The notes beneath the pieces are model-generated. The model worked only from the letters and a program-made list of their open reading frames with translations, did no database searches and was not told the DNA's origin. A program made the translations under genes and the position numbers. Positions 26,889 through 35,642 of a DNA stretch of 64,000 nt are shown piece after piece (position 1 is the stretch's first letter; every line of letters starts with the position of its first letter). The DNA comes from an uncultured delta proteobacterium (GTDB lineage: Bacteria; Desulfobacterota; Binatia; Binatales; Binataceae): assembly GCA_963788205.1 (NCBI GenBank), contig CAWBGG010000004.1, positions 14,166 to 78,165 of the forward strand. The letters run 5' to 3'.

Positions 26889-29800
26889 GGTGCGACTTCC
26901 TTCGCCAGGCGCGCGGCGTGGGCCGGTGCGCCGATCTCTTCGTAGCCTTTCAGCGCCTGTCGCAGCAGTTGCGCGCGCGTCACGTCGTCGCCGAGCACGG
27001 CGGCCAATTCGGCGCGCCATTCACAGAGCGCGGGCGCGAGCGTCTTTGCTCCCGTGCGTTCGATCAATGCAGCCGCGCAGTCGAGAGCAGCTTCGGCGGC
27101 GTCGCGAGCCGCCGCGCCGCCGCGACGCAGGAGCGCGCGCGCCATGACGCCGTGGGCCTGGGCTTCGTAAATGCCGCGCAGCGAACGGCGGCAGAGCGCG
27201 ATCGCCTCTTCGGCCGCGAACTGCGCGGCCGGCAGATCCCCGGTCTGCAACTGGGCCTCGGCCAGGAGGCTCGCGGCCTTACCCGCATTTGCCCTGTCCA
27301 CGCGCCCGTGGAGGTCGAGAGCGGCCCGGGCCGGCTCGATAGCGTCGGCAGCCCGACCGGCCGCGAGGTGTGCATATGCGAAGGCGAGCGGCGTCCGAGC
27401 CATCATGATCGGAGGCTCGCCCAGTCTGCGGCTGATCTCCTCGACTTGACGCGCGCTGGCGAGTGCGCGCTCCGCGTCGTGGGCCAGATAGTGAGCTTCG
27501 GCAGCGTAGAACAGGGCATAGCCGGCCGCCTCCGGCGTGCCGTCCTCCTCGGCGAGGCGGCGGCAGCGGCCGAGCTCTTCGAGCCCCTCGGGAATCCGGC
27601 CCATCCAGGTGAGGCAGATGCCGCGCCAGATCGAGCACCCGGAATAGGGGTTTAAGCCAACGAGCCAATCCTCCCGAGGCATGTGGCGGGGAAAGCGCGC
27701 GAGCCCGTCCTCCGCGATCCGGATCGCTTCCGGGAGCCGTCCGCTGTAAACGAGTGCGTCGGCGAGGTAAAAGCAGGCATTGGCTTGAGCCGCAAGGTCG
27801 TCGATCTCGAGTGCCGCACGTTGGTTCTCGATCGCTAACTGGAGAGACTCAGCCACGTCGCCGGTAGCGCTCCGCGCGCGCCCATAGACCATCGACAGGT
27901 TCAGATGGGCGCGGCGATCGCCGATCGCGTTCGCGAGGGTCTGCCCTTCCTCCAATAGCGCGCGCGCCTCGTTGAGGCCGGTGCCGATCCGCCATCCCAT
28001 GTTCAGAAGCTGCGTGCAGGCGGCGATGCCGAGCGGCGCAGCCTCGCGGTCGTCCGGAAGCTCGCGCAACAACGCGCGCACCCGCCCCCAGTGGCGCGTC
28101 GCGGCGGCGAAGTCGGTGCGACCCGCCCACTCGGCGGCGCGGCGATGCCAGCGCACGGCCTGCCCGAGATCAGCGGCCTGTTCCCAGTGATGCGCCAGCA
28201 GCGCCGCCTGCTGGTCGAGGTCATGCGCGTGGGCTGCCTCGATGACCCGCGCGACCGCCGCGTGCAGCCGTTTGCGCCGCTCCTGGAGCTGCGAGGCCAG
28301 CGCCACCTCCTGCGTCAGCGGATGCTTGAACAGATACTCGGCGACCGGATACAGCGACTGCTCGTACACGAACTCGGCGTCTTTGAGCTTCTGCAGCGCT
28401 TCGCGCAACTGCGGTGCGGCCTGCTCGACCACTGCGGCCAAAGTCGGCTCGTCGAACTCGCGACCGATCACCGCGGCGGTCTGCAGCACGTCTTTCTCGC
28501 GCTCCGCCAGCCGATCGATGCGCGCCGCCAGCAGCGCGTGCACTGAACTTGGCACCTCCAGCTTGTCGACCGGAGTCACCAGCCGATAGGCGCCCTTGCG
28601 GCCTTGCAGCTTGCCCGACTCGATGAGATTCTGCACCACCTCCTCGGTGAAGAACGGATTGCCGCCGGTGCGGGCATGAATCGCCTCGGCCAGGCCGGCG
28701 GTGCTGGGATGCTTGCCGAGCAGCGCATCGACCAACTCGCGGATCGCGTCGGGGCCCAGCGGCGCCAGCGGTAGCTGGTGGTAATACGACTTCCCCATCC
28801 AAGGCGCCTGGTACTCGGGGCGAAAGTTGAGCAGTACGAGGGTGCGCGTCCCTACCGCAGCGTCGATCAGCGGCTCGAGAAACGCTTCGCTGCCGCCGTC
28901 GAACCAGTGCAGGTCCTCGAGCAAGATTACCTGCGTCTCCCTCTGTCCGCGCGCCTGGACCACGCGCCGGACCACGTCAAACGATTGCCGTTGCCGGGCC
29001 TCTGGATCCATGCGCGGGAGCGGCAGCTCCGGATCGGGTACACCGAGGAAGTCGAAGACCATTGGCAGCACCCCGGCGAACCCCTGGTCGAGCAGCAGCA
29101 GGCGACCGGCGATGCGCTCGCGGGCGGTGGCGTCACTGTCCTGCTCGGTAACGCCGTAGAAGGCGCGGAACAGCCGCAGCACCGGCAGGAAGGGGATCGC
29201 CTTGCCGTGCGCAACGCCCGTGGTTTCGTAGGTCATCAAGCCGCGCGCCCGGCAGCGCTCCAGAAACTCGAAGCACAGCCGGCTCTTGCCCAGCCCCGCT
29301 TCGCCGACAATCCCGATAATCTGCGCATTGCCCTCGCGCGCGCGCGTTAACGCCGACTCGAGCACCTGCATCTCGTCGCCGCGTCCAACGAAGCGCGAGA
29401 ACCCCCGGCTGCGCGAAACGTCCAAGCGCGTGCGCATCTGCCCGAGCCCGATCAGCTCGTAGACATGCATCGCCCCATGCACGCCTTTGATCTCCATCTC
29501 GCCCAAATCGGCGAGGGCGAAGTAGCCCTGTATCTGCGCGGCGGTGTGCGCAGTGAGATACACCTTGCCCGGCTCGGCGATCTGCTCCATGCGCGAGGCG
29601 AGGCCGACGGTGTGGCCCTGCGCGGTGTAGTCCATGTGCAAGTCATCGCCGATCTTGCCGACGATCACTTCGCCGGAGTTAAGCCCGATGCGGGCCGAGA
29701 AGTTAAGGCCGCGGCGCAGGCGCAACTCGTTGGCATAGGCGCGTAGCCCGTCCACCAGGTGCAACGCCGCGTAGCAGGCGCGGCGCGCGTGATCCTCGTG

Positions 29801-30355
29801 CGCGATCGGCGCGCCGAACAGCGCCATGATGCCGTCGCCGGTGAACTTGTCCACGAAGCCTTCGAAGCGCTCGACCCCCTCCGAGAGGACCTGGAAAAAG
29901 CGGTTCATGATCTGCGACCACTCTTCCGGGTCGAGCTGCTCCGCCAGCTCCATCGAGCCCTTCACATCGGCGAACAGGACCGTCACCTGCTTGCGCTCCC
30001 CTTCGAGCACGGCGCGCGAGGTCAGAATCTTCTCGGCCAGGTGTTTGGGGGTGTGGGCGCGCGGACTGCGGGCAAGGTTGTTCGTTGCCGGGTCGTTGGT
30101 GGTCAGCGGTGCAGTCGGCTGCACCCTCACCCGCTCGGCGACATCAATGCCGCCTCGCGACCTCTCCCGGTTTGCGCCTGCGAATGGTCCCGCAGGCGCG
30201 GGAGAGGTGAGGGTCGCGCCGCACTCGCCGCAGAATCGGGCCGCAGGAGAGTTTTCAAATCCACATTTCGTGCAGCGCCGCTTGAACGGCGCGCCGCACT
30301 GCTCGCAGAACTTGAGCCCTTCGGGATTGTCCGCATTGCAGCTTAGGCAGTGCAT
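26885..30355 (-). CDS. Double-zinc-ribbon + class III adenylate/guanylate cyclase + STAND AAA ATPase + TPR protein (copy 1)
   Basis: 1156-aa intact ORF. N-terminal CLSCNADNPEGLKFCEQCG...CTKCGFEN...FCGECG. Cyclase core VTVLFADVKGSMEL...FTGDGIMALFGAP. P-loop GEAGLGKSRL. C-terminal TPR-like helical repeats. Confidence 0.85.
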   Translation of the reverse strand: MHCLSCNADNPEGLKFCEQCGAPFKRRCTKCGFENSPAARFCGECGATLTSPAPAGPFAGANRERSRGGIDVAERVRVQPTAPLTTNDPATNNLARSPRAHTPKHLAEKILTSRAVLEGERKQVTVLFADVKGSMELAEQLDPEEWSQIMNRFFQVLSEGVERFEGFVDKFTGDGIMALFGAPIAHEDHARRACYAALHLVDGLRAYANELRLRRGLNFSARIGLNSGEVIVGKIGDDLHMDYTAQGHTVGLASRMEQIAEPGKVYLTAHTAAQIQGYFALADLGEMEIKGVHGAMHVYELIGLGQMRTRLDVSRSRGFSRFVGRGDEMQVLESALTRAREGNAQIIGIVGEAGLGKSRLCFEFLERCRARGLMTYETTGVAHGKAIPFLPVLRLFRAFYGVTEQDSDATARERIAGRLLLLDQGFAGVLPMVFDFLGVPDPELPLPRMDPEARQRQSFDVVRRVVQARGQRETQVILLEDLHWFDGGSEAFLEPLIDAAVGTRTLVLLNFRPEYQAPWMGKSYYHQLPLAPLGPDAIRELVDALLGKHPSTAGLAEAIHARTGGNPFFTEEVVQNLIESGKLQGRKGAYRLVTPVDKLEVPSSVHALLAARIDRLAEREKDVLQTAAVIGREFDEPTLAAVVEQAAPQLREALQKLKDAEFVYEQSLYPVAEYLFKHPLTQEVALASQLQERRKRLHAAVARVIEAAHAHDLDQQAALLAHHWEQAADLGQAVRWHRRAAEWAGRTDFAAATRHWGRVRALLRELPDDREAAPLGIAACTQLLNMGWRIGTGLNEARALLEEGQTLANAIGDRRAHLNLSMVYGRARSATGDVAESLQLAIENQRAALEIDDLAAQANACFYLADALVYSGRLPEAIRIAEDGLARFPRHMPREDWLVGLNPYSGCSIWRGICLTWMGRIPEGLEELGRCRRLAEEDGTPEAAGYALFYAAEAHYLAHDAERALASARQVEEISRRLGEPPIMMARTPLAFAYAHLAAGRAADAIEPARAALDLHGRVDRANAGKAASLLAEAQLQTGDLPAAQFAAEEAIALCRRSLRGIYEAQAHGVMARALLRRGGAAARDAAEAALDCAAALIERTGAKTLAPALCEWRAELAAVLGDDVTRAQLLRQALKGYEEIGAPAHAARLAKEVAP
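28135..30055. repeat. ~1.9-kb near-identical block shared by the two cyclase/STAND genes (copy 1 side)
   Basis: See 24730-26650. Confidence 0.8.
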
Positions 30356-30439
30356 CTGGTCCTCGGCGATCCGAATTGGAAATGCACAGTATCACAGCGG
30401 CCCTTCAGGGCGTGCTCCGGCACTCTTTAGCCAACCGCG

Positions 30440-30925
30440 TCACCCGGTCAGCATCCCCATCTGGCGCAGCGCTTCGTACACAACGATCGAAACCGCGTTG
30501 GCGAGGTTGAGGCTGCGGACGCCGGGCTCGAAGATCGGAATCCGGTATGCGTGCGCCATCCGATCGCGCAGGAACTCGGCGCCGAGTCCCTTGGTCTCGC
30601 CGCCGAAGACCAGCATGTCGCCGGGCTCGTAGCGCGCGTCCAGATATGACTTCGCGGCATGAACGGAAAAATACTTGAACGACGCCGGCCCGCTCTGCGC
30701 CGCGAATTGGTCCCATCCGGAGTAGGTGCGCAAATCGACCAGCGGCCAATAGTCCAGCCCTGCGCGTTTCAGGTAGCGATCCTCCAGCGAGAAGCCGAGC
30801 GGCCCGACCAGATGCAGCCGCGTGCGCGTGGCCGCCGTCAGCCGCGCGATCGAGCCCGTGTTCTGTGGAATCTCGGGCCGCACCAGCACTACATGGAGTG
30901 CCGGCGCAATCGCTACAGGAGCCAT
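30440..30925 (-). CDS. trmL: tRNA (cytidine/uridine-2'-O-)-methyltransferase TrmL (SpoU family)
   Basis: 161-aa ORF. VLVRPEIPQNTGSIARL, LHLVGPLGFSL, MLVFGGETKGL, IPIFEPGVRSLNLANAVSIVVYEALRQ. Confidence 0.8.
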   Translation of the reverse strand: MAPVAIAPALHVVLVRPEIPQNTGSIARLTAATRTRLHLVGPLGFSLEDRYLKRAGLDYWPLVDLRTYSGWDQFAAQSGPASFKYFSVHAAKSYLDARYEPGDMLVFGGETKGLGAEFLRDRMAHAYRIPIFEPGVRSLNLANAVSIVVYEALRQMGMLTG

Positions 30926-30949
30926 CGCGAACGGATCATCTCAAGCGGA

Positions 30950-31444
30950 TCATAGCGTGCGGCTGCGATCGGTCTCCCGCGGATGTGCGGATTTAAGCGG
31001 ATAGCGGCGGCCGCCGATTCTGAGCGCGAAGCCGCCGCGCTCGTCGCCTTCGACACATCCGCTCAGATGGTAGTACGCGCTGCGCAGAAAACGCGCGCGC
31101 GATGCGCCGTCCTTGACGCGCGCGTAGAGCACGTTGTGCGCTCCGACTTCGAGCGCCGCGGGATCGAGCGCGATGCGTTCCTCGTCGTTCAGAACCATCG
31201 TGAAGCCGGAGCGTGCGTCACCCTCGATCGCTTTGACGACGTAGGGAGCGTCCTCGACGATCACCGGCGCGCGCTCCTCCGCGACTTGCAGATAGTAACT
31301 GCCGTCGGGATTGCGCTTGAGGCTGCGGCTGAACAGCAGCGCGATGCGCGGATTGTCGATGCGCTCGTCGTCGCTGTACCAGTTGCCGTCGCGGCGAAAT
31401 GAAATTTTGCCCGACTCGACTGCGTAGAAGCCCGCACGCGCCAT
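30950..31444 (-). CDS. DUF1285-like protein
   Basis: 164-aa ORF. ISFRRDGNWYSDDERIDNPRIALLFSRSL...YYLQVAEERAPVIVEDAPYVV matches my recollection of the DUF1285 pattern. Confidence 0.6.
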   Translation of the reverse strand: MARAGFYAVESGKISFRRDGNWYSDDERIDNPRIALLFSRSLKRNPDGSYYLQVAEERAPVIVEDAPYVVKAIEGDARSGFTMVLNDEERIALDPAALEVGAHNVLYARVKDGASRARFLRSAYYHLSGCVEGDERGGFALRIGGRRYPLKSAHPRETDRSRTL

Positions 31445-31448
31445 CGTG

Positions 31449-31895
31449 TCACCGATTGCGGCTGTCGAGGATAATCGTCACCGGACCGTCGTTGGTGAGC
31501 CGCAGTTCCATCGTCGCGCCGAACTCTCCCTGCTCGACCTTAACACCCGGCTTGCTGACGAGCGAGAGAAAGTGCCGGTAGAGTTCGCGGGCCTGCTCGG
31601 GCGGCGCGGCGGCGGTGAACGACGGACGCCGCCCGCTCCCGGTGTCGGCCAGCAGCGTGAATTGCGAGACCACCAGCAGCTCGCCGCTGACCGCGTCCAG
31701 CGCCAAGTTCATCTTGCCGTCGGCGTCGGCGAAAACCCGCATACCAGCGATCCGGTCCGCGATGAAGGCGGCGTCAGCCTCGGTATCGTCGCGCGCGACG
31801 CCGAGCAGAACCACGAAGCCGCGCCCGATTTTGCCGACAGTTTTGCCGCCGACGCTGACCTCCGCCCGGCTCACCCGTTGAACAACCGCCCGCAT
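31449..31895 (-). CDS. dtd: D-aminoacyl-tRNA deacylase
   Basis: 148-aa ORF. MRAVVQRVSRAEVSV...GFVVLLGV...LLVVSQFTLLADT...GRRPSF. Confidence 0.9.
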   Translation of the reverse strand: MRAVVQRVSRAEVSVGGKTVGKIGRGFVVLLGVARDDTEADAAFIADRIAGMRVFADADGKMNLALDAVSGELLVVSQFTLLADTGSGRRPSFTAAAPPEQARELYRHFLSLVSKPGVKVEQGEFGATMELRLTNDGPVTIILDSRNR

Positions 31896-32007
31896 CAGAG
31901 CGTCCTACCTAAGGGCGAGCGGTAACCGCAAGACGATACCGGCGTAATTTCGTCGTGACGGGCTGTCCTCGACGGCGCCGTATCGTATTATATCAATCAG
32001 ATCCGCG

Positions 32008-32844
32008 ATGCTTCCGGTTTTGTTCAAGATTGGCCCGCTCACCATCTACAGCTACGGTCTGATGATGGCGCTCGGCTTTATCGCCGGCGACTTCGCGATC
32101 GCGCGCGATTTCGAACGCCGCGGATACAAGCCCGAGAACGCCTCAACGCTGGTGATATGGGGCGCGATCGGCGGCATCGCCGGCTCGCGGCTATTGTACG
32201 TATTCAACAACCTGTCGCAGTACATCGCCGACCCCAAGGCGATAATTTTCTCGGGTTCCGGATTCGTCTGGTACGGCGGATTCGGCGGCGGAATTCTGGC
32301 CAGCTATATCGTCGCGCGATATTACAAAATCCCGTGGCTGACGGTGGCCGATGCGTGCGCGCCGGCGCTCGCGCTGGGGCAGGCGCTGGGGCGCGTCGGC
32401 TGCCAGCTCGCCGGCGACGGCGATTGGGGACTGCCCAGCAAGCTGCCGTGGGCGATGGCCTATCCGAGGGCGATCGTCGGATGGGGTCCGCAGACCGTGC
32501 TCACCCTCGATGGTCACGACAACCTGATATCGGGTTTCTACCCCGGGGTGCGCGTGCATCCGGCGCCGGTTTACGAGACAATTCTATACATCGGCGTGTT
32601 TTGGCTACTGTGGAGCTTGCGCAAAAAAATTCCGATCGACGGCCGCATCTTTTATCTCTACTTGATGCTCGCCGGATTGAGCCGGTTTCTGGTCGAGTTC
32701 ATCCGCATCAATCCGCGGGTCCTGCTCGGATTGAGCGAAGCGCAGGTGATTGCGATCGCGATGATTATAGTCGGCTCCGGCGCGTTTCTGCTTTCGGGCG
32801 TGAGAGAGCCGGTGATCGACGCTCGCGATGTGGCGAGGGCGTAG
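32008..32844 (+). CDS. lgt: Prolipoprotein diacylglyceryl transferase
   Basis: 278-aa polytopic ORF. IYSYGLMMALGF, GGIAGSRL, GRVGCQLAGDG motifs. Confidence 0.9.
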   Translation: MLPVLFKIGPLTIYSYGLMMALGFIAGDFAIARDFERRGYKPENASTLVIWGAIGGIAGSRLLYVFNNLSQYIADPKAIIFSGSGFVWYGGFGGGILASYIVARYYKIPWLTVADACAPALALGQALGRVGCQLAGDGDWGLPSKLPWAMAYPRAIVGWGPQTVLTLDGHDNLISGFYPGVRVHPAPVYETILYIGVFWLLWSLRKKIPIDGRIFYLYLMLAGLSRFLVEFIRINPRVLLGLSEAQVIAIAMIIVGSGAFLLSGVREPVIDARDVARA

Positions 32845-33426
32845 ATGATGACGATCAACGATAAGGTTCTGGCGGGCTTAGCGGTCACGCTGCTGCTGAT
32901 TGGGGTCGCGTATTTGTCGGTTCCACAGTTGGTTCATCGCGGCGTGAACAGCCTCGAATTGTCATCGCGCGAGCCTCCTCCGGTGGCGGCGGGTGATCAG
33001 GCGGCCGAGTTCTCGCTGAAAGACCTCGACGGCAATGTCGTCTCGATGGCTTCGCTGAAGGGCAAGGTGGTCTTCCTGAACGTGTGGGCGACCTGGTGCG
33101 GGCCGTGCCGCGATGAAATGCCCTCGATGGAGACCCTCTACAACGAGTTCAAGGCCAACGGCGACTTCGTGATGCTGGCGGTGAGCCAGGACCGCCAGGG
33201 CAAGGACGCGGTCCGCTCCTACGTTGACCGCAACGGTTATCACTTCAAGGTGTTGCTGGACCCGGACAACACGATCGGCGAGGCCTACAACGTCAGCGGC
33301 GTGCCGGAGACTTTTATCATCGACCGCCACGGCCGTATCGTCGCTCATCGGATGGGCGGCTTCGATTGGTCGAGCTCGGACGTGCGCGACGCGCTGGAAC
33401 AACTGTTGAACGCCAAGGAAGTCTGA
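32845..33426 (+). CDS. TlpA/ResA-family thiol:disulfide oxidoreductase (periplasmic redoxin)
   Basis: 193-aa ORF with an N-terminal TM anchor and the WATWCGPCRDEMP thioredoxin motif. Confidence 0.85.
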   Translation: MMTINDKVLAGLAVTLLLIGVAYLSVPQLVHRGVNSLELSSREPPPVAAGDQAAEFSLKDLDGNVVSMASLKGKVVFLNVWATWCGPCRDEMPSMETLYNEFKANGDFVMLAVSQDRQGKDAVRSYVDRNGYHFKVLLDPDNTIGEAYNVSGVPETFIIDRHGRIVAHRMGGFDWSSSDVRDALEQLLNAKEV

Positions 33427-33584
33427 TACGGCTGCGGCCAACTTGCTGCGGCATTTTGGTCCGGAGCGGAGGGTTTTTCCCAACCGCGCCCCGGAAAAGG
33501 AAGATGAAACGCGATTGATTGCAGTGTGGGATTAGGCTGGTCCCGTTTGTTATACTAAACAACTCAAGATTTTCCGAATCAGGA

Positions 33585-35006
33585 ATGTCAGTGATCAAGA
33601 AAAATCGATGGGCCATAAGCTTCGCGATTGTGTTGATAGCCTGCTTTGCACTGCTCGAGGAACGGGCCGTGCAACGCGCCAACGCGCTTCCGGCGGATAC
33701 CTACGAAGACCTCGAAACCTTCGCCAATGTGCTGGCGATCGTGCAGAAGAACTACGTCGAGCCAGTCACCACCAAGCGCCTGATCGACGGCGCCATAACC
33801 GGGATGCTGGCCTCGCTCGATCCGCACAGCGCCTACCTCACGCCTGATCTCTACCGCGACCTGCAGGTTGAGACGCGCGGCAGTTTCGGCGGCTTGGGAA
33901 TCGAGATCACCGTGCGCAATGCGATGCTCACGATCGTGTCGCCGATCGAAGATACGCCCGCCTACCGGGCCGGGCTCAAGTCGGGCGACGAGATCGTCAA
34001 GATCGACGATGATTTCACCAAAGACATGACCATGACCGAGGCCGTCAAGCGGATGCGCGGTCCCAAGGGCAGCAAGGTCTCGCTCACGATTCATCGCGAG
34101 GGCGTGCCCGACCTGTTCTCGGTAAAAGTCACCCGCGACGTGATCAGGATTCAGTCGGTCAAGTCCAAGCAGCTCGACGGCGGCTACGGATACGTCCGGG
34201 TCACCACTTTCCAGGAAAACACCGGTGACGACGTCGAGCACGCACTCGACAGTTTCAACAAGCAGGACCACGGGCGTATCAAGGGCGTGGTGCTCGATCT
34301 GCGGGACGATCCCGGCGGTTTGCTCAATCAGGCGGTGAAAGTTGCCGATGAGTTCATCAACGGCGGGATGATCGTCTACACCGAAGGCCGGCTCGAAAAC
34401 CAGCGTCAGAAGTATTTCGCCCATCGCAAGGACGAGTTCGTCGACTACCCGATGGTGGTGCTGGTCAACGGCGGCAGCGCGAGCGCCAGCGAGATCGTGG
34501 CCGGCGCCCTGCAGGATCATCGCCGCGCCGTGATCGTCGGGACCCAGACCTTCGGCAAGGGCAGTGTTCAGACCATCCTGCCGCTCGACGACAAATCGGC
34601 CCTGCGCCTGACCACCGCGCGCTACTTCACGCCCAATGGACGATCGATCCAGGCCGTCGGCATCACGCCCGACGTGGAGGTGGATTTGCCCAAGCCCACG
34701 CTCGCCGCGCTGGAGATTCCCGGTGGCGCGGTCGAGGAGCATCCGGAGATTCACGAGAGTGACCTGCCCCATCATTTCCAGAACGGGCAGAACAGCGGGT
34801 CCAAGCCCGCAAGCGGTCCCAACGGCGAGACGGCTGCGCCGCCGCCTGCCGACAACGGCGAGATGATGCCTGAGGGCGCGAAAGGCGCCAAAGAGATGAA
34901 GGATATCCAACTCGACAAAGCGATCGATATCCTGAAGCACTGGGATACTTTCAAGACCCAGCTCGCCCGAACCGATACGCCTCCGGCGTCTTCGAGCAAT
35001 CCGTGA
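33585..35006 (+). CDS. ctpA: C-terminal processing peptidase (S41 family, PDZ domain)
   Basis: ORF track 33519-35006; ATG 33585 gives MSVIKKNRWAISFAIVLIACFALL. FGGLGIEI, PAYRAGLKSGDEIVKID (PDZ), VLDLRDDPGG, NGGSASASEI, TFGKGSVQ. Confidence 0.9.
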   Translation: MSVIKKNRWAISFAIVLIACFALLEERAVQRANALPADTYEDLETFANVLAIVQKNYVEPVTTKRLIDGAITGMLASLDPHSAYLTPDLYRDLQVETRGSFGGLGIEITVRNAMLTIVSPIEDTPAYRAGLKSGDEIVKIDDDFTKDMTMTEAVKRMRGPKGSKVSLTIHREGVPDLFSVKVTRDVIRIQSVKSKQLDGGYGYVRVTTFQENTGDDVEHALDSFNKQDHGRIKGVVLDLRDDPGGLLNQAVKVADEFINGGMIVYTEGRLENQRQKYFAHRKDEFVDYPMVVLVNGGSASASEIVAGALQDHRRAVIVGTQTFGKGSVQTILPLDDKSALRLTTARYFTPNGRSIQAVGITPDVEVDLPKPTLAALEIPGGAVEEHPEIHESDLPHHFQNGQNSGSKPASGPNGETAAPPPADNGEMMPEGAKGAKEMKDIQLDKAIDILKHWDTFKTQLARTDTPPASSSNP

Positions 35007-35022
35007 GCGCTTCGATCTGAGA

Positions 35023-35048
35023 CAGGGCCGGCGGCAACGCCGGCCCTG
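35023..35048 (+). terminator. GC-rich hairpin after ctpA, possible intrinsic terminator
   Basis: 11-bp stem CAGGGCCGGCG / CGCCGGCCCTG with GCAA loop, 17 nt after the stop. Only a weak T-tract (CTTCACC) follows. Confidence 0.45.
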
Positions 35049-35121
35049 CTTCACCGGCCCGGCGGCTTCTTGCGGTTGCGACAATTCGGTCGGTAAATCA
35101 TCATCAGCAAAACCTCACAAG

Positions 35122-35150
35122 TTGACTCGGTATCGATCGCTCGTTAGCCT
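35122..35150 (+). promoter_or_regulatory. Candidate sigma70-like promoter for the Cys-rich gene / cus operon
   Basis: TTGACT (35122-35127), 17-nt spacer, TAGCCT (35145-35150). The ATG at 35160 lies only 9 nt downstream of the -10. Confidence 0.3.
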
Positions 35151-35159
35151 CGCAGCAGA

Positions 35160-35504
35160 ATGAAGAGGACGCTGGTCGCAGTTCTGGTCTTCGCGATGGC
35201 CTCTCAGGCTGCGTTGTGCTGCGCCTCGGCGGCCACGCAGGCGGCACGCGACATCTGTTGCGCTGTCGATTGTGGACACGATTCGGCGCCGGGCAGTCAC
35301 CATTGCTGCAAAGTCTCACCCCGGCCCGATAGCGCAGAGGTCGCGCCGGCCGCGTTGACCGCCGCGCAAGCATCACAACTCGCAACGACGCTGTCTGCTG
35401 CGCACTTGGCTTCGCCCCCGGCGCTGGCAATGTTGTCGGTCGTATCGAGGCGCGCCAGGCCTCTCACGGTCGTCTTCGACCAGCTCTGTTCGCTTCAGAT
35501 CTGA
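35160..35504 (+). CDS. Small secreted Cys/His-rich protein at the head of the metal-efflux operon
   Basis: 114-aa ORF. Signal peptide MKRTLVAVLVFAMASQA, then three CC pairs and His residues: LCCASAATQAARDICCAVDCGHDSAPGSHHCCKV. Confidence 0.5.
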   Translation: MKRTLVAVLVFAMASQAALCCASAATQAARDICCAVDCGHDSAPGSHHCCKVSPRPDSAEVAPAALTAAQASQLATTLSAAHLASPPALAMLSVVSRRARPLTVVFDQLCSLQI

Positions 35505-35642
35505 TTTTCCTCACATCGGTTTTGTCCCGTAGTGATTCGCCTGCGGCGCGCTGAAGTCGCGCCCCGCCGGATCGCAAACCGTACTGCGTAACTTGCAGGC
35601 CGCTCCGTCTACGTCGGCTATCGCCGGGAAGCGGCGAGGGAA

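Noticed and set aside
23475-30355. The cyclase genes as a cyclic-nucleotide antiphage system (Pycsar/CBASS-like)
   Set aside because: No adjacent effector gene (TIR, TM, patatin, nuclease or similar) is present. The cyclase / AAA ATPase / TPR fusion is a widespread signalling architecture, known for example from mycobacterial multidomain cyclases. I treat them as signalling paralogs.
33588-35084. Long antisense ORFs opposite ctpA; the same pattern occurs at 41755-43374 opposite xseA, 55032-56360 opposite thiC, 54184-55230, 48589-49749, 43788-44820 and 38117-39055
   Set aside because: Each lies opposite a gene with clear family motifs, and the translations are low-complexity and Arg/His/Asp-rich. 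These are typical GC-driven shadow ORFs.
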